64,000 nucleotides of DNA from Eledone cirrhosa (lineage: Eukaryota), in NCBI GenBank assembly GCA_964016885.1, contig OZ024743.1:165230001-165294000 (forward strand), read 5' to 3'. Below are positions 24,430 to 37,879 of this stretch, one piece after another (the stretch's first letter is position 1; each line of letters starts with the position of its first letter). The notes beneath the pieces were generated by a model. The model was given only the letters and a program-made list of their open reading frames with translations. It did not search any database and was not told the origin of the DNA. Made by a program: the position numbers and the translations under genes.

Positions 24430-25258
24430 AGCTTTTTTCAATAACAGAAAGATTTTTTTCAATGTAGAAAGGCCCTGAGAAAGACCCACTTAAAGATTAA
24501 AGTGGCAGAAAAGCCAGGAACTACCATAAAATCCCTGATCAGCAAAACATACCCTTTTAAGAAAACCCACTGTACTAATAGGAAATGTGTTATATGTAAA
24601 CCCCCAGATCAACTGCAAAACTAGGAATGTAGTCTATAGCATAAGATGTACAGAGGGTACTTGCAGAAACATGACAACAACATACATAGGTGAGACAGCT
24701 TGTAGCATAGGAGAAAGGATAGACCAACACTAAAAGGACGAAAAAACGGTTCAGTACTATACGAAGACGCCAAACAACAACTTGACGGTAACATAAAAAA
24801 CATAGCAATTAAAATAATATCTAAACATAGAAATGATTCACCAGATAGGCAAATCAGAGAGGCCAGTGAAATAGAACTTAGAAGGCCAAGGCTAAACAGA
24901 AAGAATGAATGGAATAACAACACCCAAACAAACAATACTGACTTAAGAGAAATATAAATAAATAAATAAATAAATAAATATATACACAAGCACAATAACA
25001 ACAAACACATATAAACACACACTAGTAAACTAAGATAGAATACAATAACCAAAACACAGTCACCCAAACGCGAACACACACCAAACACTATACACACACG
25101 CAAACGCATGCGCAGAGAAGAAGACAAAAATAAATAAATAAATAAATAAACAGATAAAATAAAAATGGCGTAGATATACAATACAACAGGAGGAACATAA
25201 TAGTACCACTGATGATGTTGCAGATGTGCAACGAAAGAACTTTGTTAGACTATATATA
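24430..25258 (+). mobile_element. Penelope-like 3' fragment (same family as 1233-1960) with hammerhead at 25201-25252
   Basis: KVAEKPGTTIK...CTNRKCVIC...YIGETACS...LNRKNEW; CTGATGA 25209-25215, gttgca/tgcaac, GAAA 25233-25236. Confidence 0.78.
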
Positions 25259-25991
25259 TGTGTTTACTTCTATATTATATCTGTATTTTTGACCGTTGGT
25301 CAGTCGTTGAGGATCAAATGAATTAACTGTGGAGATATAAAAGGTACGCGAAAACCAACCAAACAGTGAGTGTGTTCTGTTATTATTTCTGACAATATTA
25401 TTACAACAATATGACCCTCCCCATGTATAACAATATATCCTTTTATTCTCTATCTCACTGTCGCATTTTCTCTGTCCGTATTATTTATTTCTTAATCGCT
25501 TCTTTATCTTTGTAAAGATTGGTTTTATTTATTATTATTTTTTTGTATTTCTTTATTCCTTTTGTACTTACTTCAAAAGACTATGACTGCAGACTTCCTG
25601 CAGACCGGCGGCTACGCATGAATGCCTTCGGTATGAGACCAGCGTAAAATGCCGTCTTGACCAAGAAATGGCAGTAATAGCTGTTGAGTTCTAGATCGCC
25701 TTCCCACTGAGATTTTACTGAATACAATTTAACAGGATGAATACGGCGATGACACATTCCTTTAGCAGAGGAAGAAATATTTACATTTCTCAAAGTATTG
25801 AAGTATTTAAGACTATTCAACAGAATTCGTAATATAATCGGCTTGTCTCCTCACAGCCCAGGCAGACAGAATAGAGAAGGCAGAGGACGGCAAAGGAGAC
25901 GCGCTGGAAAAGCCACTCCAACTCACGGGGCTCACACCTGCGGCTGGCCAGCTGAGCGCCTATGGTGGTGAATGTAGCGCCCTAAAATAAT

Positions 25992-26167
25992 TGTTTCTAC
26001 TTTTAGCACAAGGCCAGCAATTATCTCAATGGATTACTGGTACTTTATTTTATCGACCCCGTAAGGATGAAAGGCAAAGTTAATTTCGGCGGGATTTGAA
26101 CTCAGACCATAAGGGGGCGTAACTCTTTGCTGCAAAGTATGACGTCCGACCTTCTACCGATACTGCC
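25992..26167 (-). mobile_element. SINE family 1 (slightly 5'-truncated)
   Basis: Flanked by ctaaaataat at 25982-25991 and 26168-26177. Confidence 0.88.
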
Positions 26168-26177
26168 CTAAAATAAT

Positions 26178-26360
26178 TGTTTCTACTTTTGACACAAGGC
26201 CAGCAATTATCCCAGTGCATTACTGGTACTTTATTTTATCGACCCCGTAAGGATGAAAAGCAAAGTTAACCTCAGCGGGATTTGAACTCAGAATGGCAAG
26301 GGCCGTAACTCTATGTGTCAAATCATGGTGTCCGACCCTCTACCGATACTGCCAATCCAT
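26178..26360 (-). mobile_element. SINE family 1, tandem second copy
   Basis: Full copy ending gccaatcca. Confidence 0.88.
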
Positions 26361-26630
26361 GATAACTTATATTTAAATTTATTTACTAAAATATTCTGCT
26401 AGAAAAGTAGAAGTTTGATATATTATCAAGTGTTTTCATTGTTGATGCAAATTTCAATTGTTGTTTAGAAATGACATACAAATGGTGATTATAAAATTTC
26501 ATATTTCTTTCACAAGTATTTCTACCAATATAGCCGTCTCCTCTCAATATGTTTAATCAATTCTAAAATAATGAATCAGGATAACTATCTAACTATTCAA
26601 TCACTCATAGGCGCGAGTCTACATATGAAC

Positions 26631-26697
26631 ACATATCTGAGGAGCTTCATTAATCGATCGTTTCTCGAGCTGATTGGCAGGGAAACATGTAATATGT
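26631..26697 (+). ncRNA. Type-I hammerhead ribozyme (counterpart of 22596-22687)
   Basis: acatat CTGAGGA ... GAAA (26682-26685) catg TA atatgt; stem II degenerate. Confidence 0.65.
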
Positions 26698-27099
26698 AAT
26701 TAAAATGTATATGATGCAACACTGATTCTTTGTTCCCTTATATATTATTATTATTGATACTCTGCTCCCCACGAGCATCGAGTGCTCATCTCGGCATGCC
26801 GCATACGGACGCAATTAATTTGCAGCTCTAATACCTATATATTGGTAGAACACTGGGAGGTTATATCCATAGGAGTAGAACACTCAGTCCATGGGACAAG
26901 TTCAGTAGAAATTAGTTCCACAACAGTTAATAAACTATTTTCGAGGATATGTGTTTCATCTTTCGGATTTTCAACTCGAGTGAATGGGTTATAGTCGAAA
27001 GAGGGAAGGCTATATGAAGAATGTCAGGCATGCGCAAGTTCATTGACAAGCGGGACAACTCAAATTAAACTGATGAGAGGGAGACAATTGAGATCGTTT

Positions 27100-28316
27100 T
27101 GGATAAAAATAGGTTGGGTCTGTAGTGGATGAAATTAGTCTGGGTCTTTGTAGTTATGTAATAAGTACTTGGCTGCGTGGCAACAGCGATTATAGAAATC
27201 AGATCTTGTATTTAGATAGGTACTGTTACAGGATATTTATTCATTCCTAGATGCACAGACAACAAGACAAATTCCCATTTCCGTATGGCCTAGATTTGGT
27301 CAGAATTTTCCATTTAATGGAAAGTTCTGAACATATGTGGCTTGTGAGCTTCGTGGACGATCGTTTATCCAGGTGTCTGAGCGTCATCTTATGATTAAGG
27401 AAGCTTTCTTTAAACCGGTCCTCTGTCATACCTACATGTTTTGACCTTCTGTTGTTTGTTTGGTTGGGTAGATGTAACTTCAGTTTCATAAACTAAAGCA
27501 AGTGTGTTGCACTGTTGTTGAAAAGGGCATGCTTCTGGCTTTCTGCAAGAGCAACCAGGTGGAGTTGAGCTCTTGGGATTGGTGGGGATGTGGGCTTTCA
27601 TATTTCTAGCACAGTTTCACCCTGTGTCTATTCAAGATAGGTCAGTATTTATGACCTGTAGGGAAGTGCTTATCTAGGAGTATTAAGAATTTTCTACCTA
27701 TATTGGTTCTAACATTGAGTGAGAATGATGGGCAGAACCAAATTATTTTATTATTATTTCAACTTATTCTCCTCCTTAGGAGGGGAGTAAGAAATTGTAT
27801 CAGAGAAGTCGCTGTTGGCTAACACAGCAATGCAGTAAGGTGCCACTCTGTCAAAGATGGCCTTGTTAGAAGAAAAGTTAGAGATCCTAGTACTGAGATT
27901 TTTAACAACGTTTTAAAAGACTGTAGGTGGATGACATGAGTTTTTGTGTATGTAGGTTAATTTTTTATTAAGTTTATGGAAAGGTCTGAATGCGTGTGTA
28001 TGAAGGTCTAAATTAATGTCTAGGTAATCTACGCTAGTCAGGTTTGTGGCTCAGTGATCCTAAGTCTTAACTCGTTAAAAGTAGCTATTAAGTCTTTTTT
28101 AAAATGGTCCAGGTTGTGACTGCTTTTATGGCTCGATAGGGTCAGACCATCATCGCGGTATAATCCCATGTGGAAGTCCGGGAATCTGACTCGCAACGTA
28201 TCTAAAATGTATAATCCAACCAAATTGCATACATCAGCACTATCGAATGATCCCATTGAGACATTGAGGTAGTTGATTTTTTTGTCCACGCTGAAGTCAA
28301 AAATTTTTTGTCCCTT
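27100..28316 (-). mobile_element. Naiad-type Penelope-like element, 5'-truncated RT plus GIY-YIG pseudogene
   Basis: MGSFDSADVCNLVGLYIL...GLYRDDGL; CSCRKPEACP; VGMTEDRFK; IKWKIL...CCLC. Confidence 0.8.
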
Positions 28317-28319
28317 ACT

Positions 28320-30238
28320 GAAGTCAAAAAGATGTCCCAGAAAGTAACTCTTGAAAGTTTGTCATCCAGCTCAGCTATTAATGATGATGATGAAATCTTC
28401 AAGTCAGCACTGACCCCACAAATCACTGCAAATAAAATCAACTCTTGATGATGCCACTCTTGTTGCCATGTAGGAATGAGAGAAACTATCAGTATGACAA
28501 GCAAGTACTTTTTACATCCCAATTGCAAAAAGTCTTATTTATGATGTGTCTGAACTCACAGTTCCCACTGAACCATTTATCAAGCAAGAACCAGTCACTG
28601 TGAGAAAATGGCTCAGGAAATTGATTAATCCACTTTCACCACTGGAAGGCAGATCCTAGCTAGTCCTCCACCCAGATGAAGAATTATTGCCATCAGCTTC
28701 CCAATCCAGCATACTCAAAGATCGGATTGCAGTTTTAGTTACAGGAAAAGGAAAGGAGGAGCTCTTAGGTGTTCTGGTTGCAAGAGATGGAACCAGACAA
28801 CAATTCACTGAAGTTGTTTTGAAGGAAATTCAACGACTCAAAATTGAGGATAGAATAATTGGTATGCCCTTCAACACCACCGCCAGTAACACCAGCATGC
28901 ACCAAGGAGCTAATACGAGAATTGAAGCAGCTCTGAAAAAATCCATCTTGTGGCTGGTTTGCCATTATCACATTCTTGAACTGGTTTTCAAGAAAGTCTT
29001 CAAGATCTTTTTCCTATCATCTGGTTCCAGTATCCCAATGTTGAAAAAGTTCCCATAACATTGGGACTCCATTGATAAGTCTCATTATCCTGGATGATGG
29101 TGAGGCTATGGAAGAGTTTTAAAAGCAAAAGAGGGAGGAGATAGTTGAATATCTACTGACTGAACTGATTTCTGGAGATCATCCCTGAGAAGACTATGCT
29201 GAATTCATAAAGCTCTCTCTTCTTTACCTTGGTGGCTGGCCATCCCCCAGTTCTTCTTGGTCCTAGGAGCTTACCATCAGACTTGTTACATGGCTACGGC
29301 CATATATGTGATCAAGATAGTTCTGTTAAAAAACAACTTAAGTTACTTTCTCGGACATCTTTTTGACTTCTTCACCCCACTTTCTCTTTCTTACTTTCAT
29401 ATCATAAATCTTCTTTTCCTTCTTCTGATTGGCTCTCACATGTTCTGCATCAACACCAGCCAGGATTGAAGATATCTGATCTCGCTGTGTCTGAAGGAAA
29501 GCTTCGTCTTCAAATGGGACATCCTTTAGTTCAAGAATGCTTGCAATGTCAAAAATTTCCTCTAGATCACCTTTCCAAATCTCACGCTTTGCAATTGCTT
29601 TATTATTGATACTCCTTATACAATTTCTCAACTGAAGTGCAGATGTTTTTTTTCTGCTTTGGTGAGGGCATTTGCTTTTCTCCACACTTCCTGGATCTTC
29701 TGACAAGTGTTTTTTACGGCAACTGAAATTGTCTCTCCGAGTTTGGCGTGACAATAGAGAAAGCACAAGAGCACTTGTTTGGAGGGGAATCGAGTCTGAA
29801 GTAAATGCTCCTCATAATCTTGATGAGTTATCAAAATAGATTTCGAAAAGCTCACCACATCAACGTGATATCAAATAGTTCTTTGTACGAACAATGAAAA
29901 CAAATCACTGATGTAAAATTATTTCTACATACTTTAAGATTATGGTTCATTTCTTTTCCATTGAGAATCCTATAATAGGTAGCAATGTCTCCTGCTTGTA
30001 CATAGACAAAAGCAAACAAAAACTGCAACCTAGTCACAATCAACAAGTGTTGAAGTTAAACATTTTCATTTTTTTGGCATAGAATTTAAAAAGGACCAAA
30101 TTGGGCAACCCATAAATATATTTGTATCTCCTCGTAGTTTTACCCATGTAGCTTTTATGTGAAAATGGATTCAGGGTGCAATTGACATTAGGTAATGCCA
30201 ACAAAAAAGATTTTCCTTATAAATATGAAACACCTTAA
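28320..30238. mobile_element. Degenerate hAT-related (hATm-like) DNA transposon with internal inversion
   Basis: Catalytic part on + (DRIAVLV...FNTTASNT...WLVCHYHILELV, 28687-29058); N-terminal part on - (29341-29860, FPSKQVL...VWRKA). Confidence 0.6.
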
Positions 30239-30699
30239 CATATAAATACATATATATATATATATAAATGGAAAAAATGAAATTTCATTTCTCACTCTTA
30301 GTACGGCTGATACTTAAATATAAATATGTATACGTACATACATATATGTATACAGACGTACAGTAGTATGTATATACATACATGTACACATATATATATG
30401 TATGTATGGGTTTACCGAACATTTATTTTAATGCTCGGTTTGTTTGTAAACAAACAGCCTGAATTATTAGCCTTACAGTGTTTGGCAACCATCGTTGCCA
30501 TTTTGTTCAACACTGACAAAGGAACAATGAACTAGTTTCAAGCTTATTAGCTGTCATCAACACTGTTTACCTTCCTGTCAGTTGATTGAATGTTTGAAAG
30601 TATATACTTTCCTTATGCATATTAACGGCTGAGCAGCCTAATTTGCATATCGAGTGTACGGCTAATAATTTGGGCTGTTTGTGTATGTATACATACTTA

Positions 30700-30740
<41 letters not shown>

Positions 30741-30742
<2 letters not shown>

Positions 30743-31285
30743 TCATCATCATCATCATTTTTACGTCTGTTTTTCCACTTTTGCATGGGTTAGACAGGTC
30801 TTTCTCAGCACGGCATCTCTCCAATCATTGCGATCCTTTGTCATCTTCTCTGTGAGTCTTAGCTCTCACTACTTCTGCCCAGGTCTTTCTTGGTTTACCT
30901 CGACTGTGGCTTCCTTCCACTGGCATTTTCTGGCATTTCTTCTCCCTCAACTCTTCCAAGCTCTGCCTCTCTCGCACACTTATATTGCACATCCAACAGA
31001 GCATGGCTGCTTCATTTCTCTCTAGTCTACACATGTCCTCTGCAGTCACAGCCCATGTTTCACCTCCATGCAGCAATGCAATTCACACACAGGCATCATA
31101 TTGTCATCTTTTTGTACATAGGGAGAAACCTTTTTGTGGTCAGCAGTGGGAGTAGCTCTCTGAACTTTTTCCATGCTGTCCTTATTCTAGCTATTATGTT
31201 CTCAGTGCACTCTACTTCATTGCTAATTATGTTGCCTAGATAACAGAAGCTATCAATCACTTCAATGGGTAGTGGCAGCTTGTGG
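30741..31285 (-). mobile_element. RTE LINE 3' fragment with (GAT)n tail
   Basis: FCYLG, WKKFRELLPLL, RGKPRKTW; similar to 42760-43377. Confidence 0.85.
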
Positions 31286-31389
31286 TTAAAATGTTTAGTC
31301 ATTATTTTAATATTGTGTAAAATGAAACAAACATATAAAATGAAAATTTATACATAAGCTTGATAAAATCCTAAATGAAAAAAAATCAA

Positions 31390-33450
31390 TTTTTACTTAC
31401 TAATAAATTGTTATAGTTCAAGCTTGATCCATTCATTTAAAAACGAAATCCATTCTTCTTGTTTTACTTTGAGCAAAAATGTTAATAAATTTCTCCTTGG
31501 ATGGCTGTTGTGGAAATTTTTCTCCCTTGAAAGCACTGCAAGTGCATTTACTCTTTCAGGATTTATAGTACTCCTTAGAAAAGTTTTTATTCTTTTCAGT
31601 GTTGAAAAGCAGTGTTCTGGCTTTGATGTCTTGGAAATTGTCAAGAGTCAAGAGGATTTTTATCAGTTTCATAATTTCACTAAGGACACCATCTAAATTA
31701 TTTTCCAAGATAATTTTCAGCAGCTCAATTAATTTGCAATATTCATGCATATCGGATCTACAATAGAATACTTTTAGTTCAGTTCCAAGCTTTTCTTTGT
31801 CAATCATCGGATATACTTCAGTGGTCAGTACTATCTCTTCTGTAGGCAGTTCATTCTTAAAACTAGTGAAGCTTTTCTTGTTGAACAATTTAGCAGCTAC
31901 TAAGTGTTTAGTGGAAGAATATCTGTCCATTATATCGACACATATGTAGTCACACACTTGCTTTGCTTCTGCTATGAATGTCTTTGAAGGATTCTCACAG
32001 TACTTCGAGTTTCTTATTTCTAAAATAGCAGTTTTGAAATCTGTTATATATCCATTGCCTTTAAACACACAAATTTCTCGAGATTGCATTTGGTTGTAAA
32101 TTATTTCAACATGAGGAATAATCTGATGAAAAAGCTCTAACCAAAATATGAAATTATCATCATTCAAGTATTTCAAAAATTCCTGTTGTTTCTGCAATGG
32201 TTTGATGTTGACTGAATTTCAGTAACACAGCTTTTTAAAGGTTATGAATTTTCATGAACTCTGTTCACGTTCCGTTTGTTAAAGTTCCACTTTGTAGAGG
32301 ATGGACGTGGAATGCTGATGTCCATATGCTTCTTGAGAATGGATACATGTTGTGGTGCTTTTAAAAAGAATGTTGGAATAGCCAAAATGTTAGAGAAAAA
32401 TATTCTTGCGTTCCGTATAATACAGCATTTCTCATTATTGAATTATGTTGATGTGCATAACAATCAAATGTGCATTACTATAAATTGCTTTTAATTTTGC
32501 TTGAACTCCTGCTTTTTTACCTTTGATGACATTTGCACCATCAAATGTCTGAGCTATCAGTTTTTGTCCATTTCCTTGAAGGATTATGTCTAATTGTTCT
32601 AGAATATATTTTGATATGCCATCTGCAGTTTGATTTTCAGGAATAAAGAATCCCCCAAAATGCTAAAATATTTCTTCATTCAACACGTACTGTAGAACAA
32701 TGACCATTTGTGTGCATTGTGAAACATCTGTTGAGTCATCAGCCATGACAGTTACAAACAAAGCTTCTCTAATTCCTGTCCTTATCTCCTCATGGTACAT
32801 TTGCAGCAGGCAGTTAAGTATCTCATTCTGAATTGTCATAAAAACACCTTTGAAGACCTTATTGTTTTCTAAGTGATTCTTCAAATGTGGATTAATCTTC
32901 TAAATACCCCTAGATTTACTGAATCATATTTTTAATTATGTCCACATTAGGGAGTTCAAAGTTTCCATAAAATAAAATGCAATCTATTATTTTGGATAAA
33001 ATTTAAAGGTTCTTTGTAACCTTCATGTTATGCTCATTGATTGAAAGTCTGTATGCCTCACTAAGTTTTTCCTTAATATTTACGCTTCTTACAAGTGACA
33101 GTAAAACCACATTTTCAACATGCTTCTTTGATTTCTCATGTTTTTCAGTTTTTTTTTTCATTTTGTTTATAATTCTAAAACCGTGTTTTGTCCACGTTAC
33201 ACCACATCCAAACAGTAATCACAGGAAGCAAAACAAAGCATTTTTCATTTCACAGCCACAGAGCCAACTTTTTCATTCAGAATTAAAGCTATGAATATAC
33301 CTCTTGTATCGAATGTATTTTCCATTCGTGGCTGAGATATCTGAATATCAGGTGTTGAACAGCCCTTTTCTTAACTGTAACTTTCTCATGGAGGGACAAC
33401 TGTGAAAATTTAAGCTGTTGAAGTTGACTTATTGCCACAAAACTTATTTC
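31390..33450 (-). pseudogene. hAT transposase pseudogene (ZMYM1-like / DUF4371 plus dimerisation domain)
   Basis: FCFL..LFG/HEKSKKH zinc finger, ADDSTDVS, QTFDGA, HINII (CxAH region), FSTLKRIKTFLRST. Confidence 0.8.
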
Positions 33451-33509
33451 TTGGGAGGCAAGGAGGTCATGGTTAAATTATTTAAATTTTCTATATAATA
33501 AAAGGAGTC

Positions 33510-33790
33510 TCAGCTGTCTTCATTCCTTGAGCCAGTCTCAGACTTCTGTGATGCAAATGAACTAACCATCTGCAACATAAATTTCAGGAAACCAGCCAAC
33601 CACCTGATTTCATATCAATCAGGTAAACATATAAGCCAAATTTATTACTTACTTGTTAGACAGCAACACAAACATACTGTAATAAATACTAAGGCCTTCC
33701 CTGGGGAAGAATGCACTGCCCAGTGCAAGTTAGTTATTAGTGACATCAAAATAAACAAAAGACAGAATTACAGCAATACAAGGAAAAAGA
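33510..33790 (+). mobile_element. RTE endonuclease fragment
   Basis: Similar to 40890-41110 (FCDANELTICN..KPANHLISYQSG). Confidence 0.65.
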
Positions 33791-33799
33791 GTTGGATGA

Positions 33800-36750
33800 C
33801 ACCCTCAATCCCTTCAGGGGTATGCCAACCTACTGGCTACTGGAGAAGAGATGGATCAGTCCATGGGAAACTTAGAGCCTGTTTATGATGACATGGATTT
33901 AAACCCCTCAGGGAGGTCCACTGCTGATGTGCACAGAGGCGCCTGAGCCTGGATCACCTTACACAAACAAACTCGTGTTTGCACATGGAATGTGCAAACA
34001 CTATCTCAAACAGGAAAACTGGCTAGCATAACTCGAGAGATGAGGCGATGCAACATTGATATCTTGGGCATTGCTGAAATACATCAGGCAGGATCAGGGC
34101 CTTTCACTGCTGTTGAAGGAGAGTTTGTGATGTACTCAGGAGGAGACAGGGATAGGAGTCATTCTTTCAAAGGAGGCATCACACAGCATGCTGTCCTACC
34201 AACCAGTTAATAATAGAATATTGTATGTCTGCATTAAAGCAACATCGATCAGCCTGTCCTTTATTCAGGTATACTCACCTAGAGCGGAGGTAGATGAATA
34301 AGAGGCAGAGGTTTTCTAAGAGTTGATACAAGAAATGCTGCAGAAATGCCAGTCAGGACATTGTAATAGTGGCAGGGTACTTCAATGCTAAAGTTGGAGA
34401 GAAATCAGGAGACACTGCTGTGTGTGGAAAATGCAATCTGGGCACACTTAGTGAGGCAGGTGAAAGACTGATTAATTTTTGGCATGACAATGACCTTTTC
34501 ATAACGAACACGGCTTTTAATCACCACATGAGGTGAAGGTACACCTGGCTGTCTCCTGGGGCAAGATCCAGGAACCAGATAAGCTACATATTGATCAAGA
34601 GGAGATAGATGAGTTGTGTCACAAATCCAAAGCCTACCCTGAGATAGATTGTGGATCTGACCTCAATCATGCTTAAAGTCAAGAGGGAAAGGTAAGAAAA
34701 AAAGAGCCCATGGTTTACTGGAAAACTCAGAGGTGATGAGTAGATATAACCTAGAAGTAACAAATTTGAAGCACTCCAACTACTTCAAGAAGAGAGAACA
34801 CCTGAAAAGCTGTTTATGGCAATCAAAGAGACAGTAAAGACAACAGCGGAGGAAATGCTTGGGAGCGAGCCAAAAAGACTGAGGAAAGTGTGGATCTCTA
34901 AAGCCACTCTCTATCTGATGGACGAGCTCAAAAAACTCAAATGTACCAGGGCTACTTCCAAGTTTAATGAAACAAAGTACCAGGAATTGGATAAAGCAGT
35001 ACAGCAAGAAGAAACCAGAGACGACAAGGCATGATGGTTGGAAGAGCAATGTGTTGAGGTTGAGGGGGCATTGCAGAAACATAATATACGGAAGGCATCC
35101 AGTGTCATAAAGTCATTAAAAATCGGCTTCCATGAAAAACATTGGGGATGACGAAGGAAAGGTCCTGACTGATCTTCAGGACATTCTTAAAAGGTGGAAG
35201 GAGTATGGAGAAAGTTTGTATTGGGAGGATGGGGAGGTAACTAACCAACAAGTCGATTTGGGAGGGAAGAATTTTCATCCATTCTGGAATTAGAAGTTAA
35301 GAAGGCTTTGAATAGGATGCCTAACAATAAATCTGCTTGTATCGATGACTTGCCTGCAGAGCCTTTAAAGACAGACAACGAAACAATGATTAAGATATTG
35401 TGCCAACTATGCAATAGAATTGTAGAAACAGGTGAGTGGCTTGCTGATTGGAAGAAGGCAGGTTTTATTCCCATACCAAAAATTGTTGGAACAACAAAAT
35501 GTACAGAACTTCAGATGATTGCTCTCATTAGCTACTCTAGCAAGATCCTCTTGCGGCTTCTCTTAGAGAGAACGCGGGGAACAGTAGAAGAACAGTGTAT
35601 GGATGAACAAATGGGTTTCAGAAAGAGGGTGGGGATCAGGGATCAGATTTTCAATATCAGAATTATCATGGAAAAAGGAAGGGAGTTTAATGTGCTTTTA
35701 TATTTAGCATTTGTAGACTATAAAAAAGCATTTGACACTGTATTACATTCAGTGCTTTGGAAGGTATTGAAGATGGGATTGAATGGCACAATGGTGGAAT
35801 TATTAAAGAATCTGTATGATGAGCAACAAACTGCAGGGAGAGTGGGAAAAAAGCACATAGAATGGTTCACTGTAAACAAAGGAGTTCGATAGGGATGCCT
35901 GTGTCACCTTTGGCATTCAATCTTTACTCTGAGGAGGGGATGAGAAAGTCAGTAGATATGCTCTCCTGGGTTGGGGTTACTATTGGTGGGAAAGAGATCA
36001 ACAACCTGCAGTATGCCGACCACATAGTGCTCATAGCAAACACACCAGTAAATCTACAAACACTGCTGGATAAAATTTACAGAATTTCAAGGGAATATAG
36101 TCTGGAGATCAACATCAAAAAGTAATGGCAGCAACTAGACAGAAGGAAGAAATGAACATACAGTGCCAAGATGCCAGGCTTGAACAAGTTGAGAAGTTCA
36201 ATACTTGAGCAGACAGCAGAGGGAAGCTGGGAAATAAGGACAAGACTAGCAACTGCAAGAACAGTCCTGAGGACACTCAGCAGCCTTTGGAAGGATAGAG
36301 CTCTTATAAAGTCCACCAAAAAGAAAGTAAACAAAACATCAGTGTGGCCGATAGCTCTATAAAGTTGTGAATTATGGACTTTAAAGGCATCTGATTTGAA
36401 ATGTCATGCTATAGGTGTGCACTTAGAATTAGCTGGACAGCTCACAGAACAAATGAATCTGTCCTGGAAGAGACTGGTGCAAATCAACAGTTGGTTGAAA
36501 CAGTAAGGAAGAAGAAACTTCTGTATTTTGGTCATGTCATCAGGGCCCACAATTTGACTACCCATATCCTTGAGGGATGAATACAAGGAAAACTGGCCAT
36601 GGGATGGCAGAAAAGTAGATCGACAGATGATATTAAGGAATGGACAAGAATGAGTTTGGCAGAATGTACAGCTATGGCAAGAGACAGGAAAAGATTGAAA
36701 GTGCTGGTCCATGACCTTGACCCTCAGATATGAGAATGGGATGAGGCTAG
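33800..36750 (+). mobile_element. Degenerate RTE/BovB-like LINE (APE plus RT)
   Basis: TWNVQTL...IDILGIAE; QMGFRK..RDQIF; FVDYKKAFDTV; GVR*GC; LQYADH. Confidence 0.85.
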
Positions 36751-36756
36751 GCTATA

Positions 36757-37005
36757 TCATCATCATCACCGTTTTACGTCAATTCTTTCACGCTAGCATG
36801 GGTTAGACGGGTTGTCCTGTTGTGGGCAATGCCAGGTCAAGTGACCATGTCTTTCCCATATGGGAACTGATTTTGGCTTGATTTCTACAGCTGGATGCCC
36901 TTCCTAACACCAACCTCATTTACAGTAAGTACTGGGTGCTTTTTTACCGTAGCGCCTACACATCCACTTTGCAGTGGGAGGGGTGGGTGCATACTGTCTA
37001 TATGC
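36757..37005 (-). mobile_element. RTE-tailed SINE fragment (family 2 3' part)
   Basis: (CAT)n then body closely matching 49271-49520. Confidence 0.75.
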
Positions 37006-37019
37006 TTCAGCTTCGGCTT

Positions 37020-37875
37020 GTACCCGTGGAAAATCGAGTCTTCTGTATTACTGCATAACACCAGTGGTCTCGGTCCTGTGTCATCACCTTTGAGAGGAGC
37101 AATTGGGCAAGGTCAGCTTTTATCACCTCACTTGAGGTCTTCTTGGGTCTTCCCACTCTAAGACTGCTATTGACTTTTAGTGCTCTGCACCTTTTTATGC
37201 AGCTGTCATCCTTCATATGCATCACATGTCCATACCAATTTAATCTCTTCTCCTGCACACAGCATTTGATTCCTCTTATGTTCAGTCTCGCTCTCAATTC
37301 GTTTATACTTTGCCGTTCGTGTATATTACTATTACACATCCATCGGAGCATGCAAGCTTTGTTTCTTTCTGATCTATGCAAGTCTTCTACAGACAGCGCC
37401 TAGGTCTCACTGCCATACAACATTGCTGTTTGTATGCACGCATCATACAGTCTGCCTTTCATTTTGAGGGAAAAGCCTTTTGCAGCTAGCAGTGGCAGTA
37501 GCTTCTTCCATCCCGTTCTTACCCTGGTTACTGTACTTTCAGAACACCCACCTCCACTGCTAATTCGGTCACCTAGGTAATAGAAGCTGTCTACTGTTTC
37601 TACAGAGGCCTCCCAGAGTTTGGTAGTGCTTGTTTCCTGTGGCCGTCCTGGTGCAGCAGCTACATATAAAGCCTACATTCTTAGCTAAACTTCCTGAGAT
37701 CCCACTACATCTCTTGTGTACCCATAGTTTGCATTTGGGGCAGAGGATGAAATTCCTACCTACACCTTTCCCACATACTGAGCAAGGCCATTTCCCTGAG
37801 GGGATCTGGACTCTGTTTTCTCTTCTACTTACGAGGACCTTAGTCTTTGTCAGGTTGACTTTGAGACCCCTTCTT
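37020..37875 (-). mobile_element. RTE LINE 3' fragment including Cys-rich insert
   Basis: GKWPCSVCGKGVGRN..C.KCKLWVHKRC; RLNWYGHV; GRPKKT. Confidence 0.85.
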
Positions 37876-37879
37876 TGAA

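Larger units (their letters stand above)
22550..26753 (+). mobile_element. Naiad-type Penelope-like element with inverted 5' pLTR (22550-23144), GIY-YIG relic (23145-23900) and 3' pLTR (~25618-26753), carrying nested insertions
   Basis: FNRHTVKFSFS...CNCRNKVQCPL*GNC...IVYKC...YIGAT; 22550-22760 inverted vs 26563-26753 and 22990-23144 inverted vs 25618-25770. Confidence 0.7.

Noticed and set aside
27070-27110. CTGATGA as a hammerhead core
   Set aside because: No stem II plus GAAA follows
27240-28300. Selenocysteine-type in-frame UGA as described for some Naiad PLEs
   Set aside because: The stops seen are TAG or lie at non-Cys positions in degenerate copies, and no SECIS was recognised
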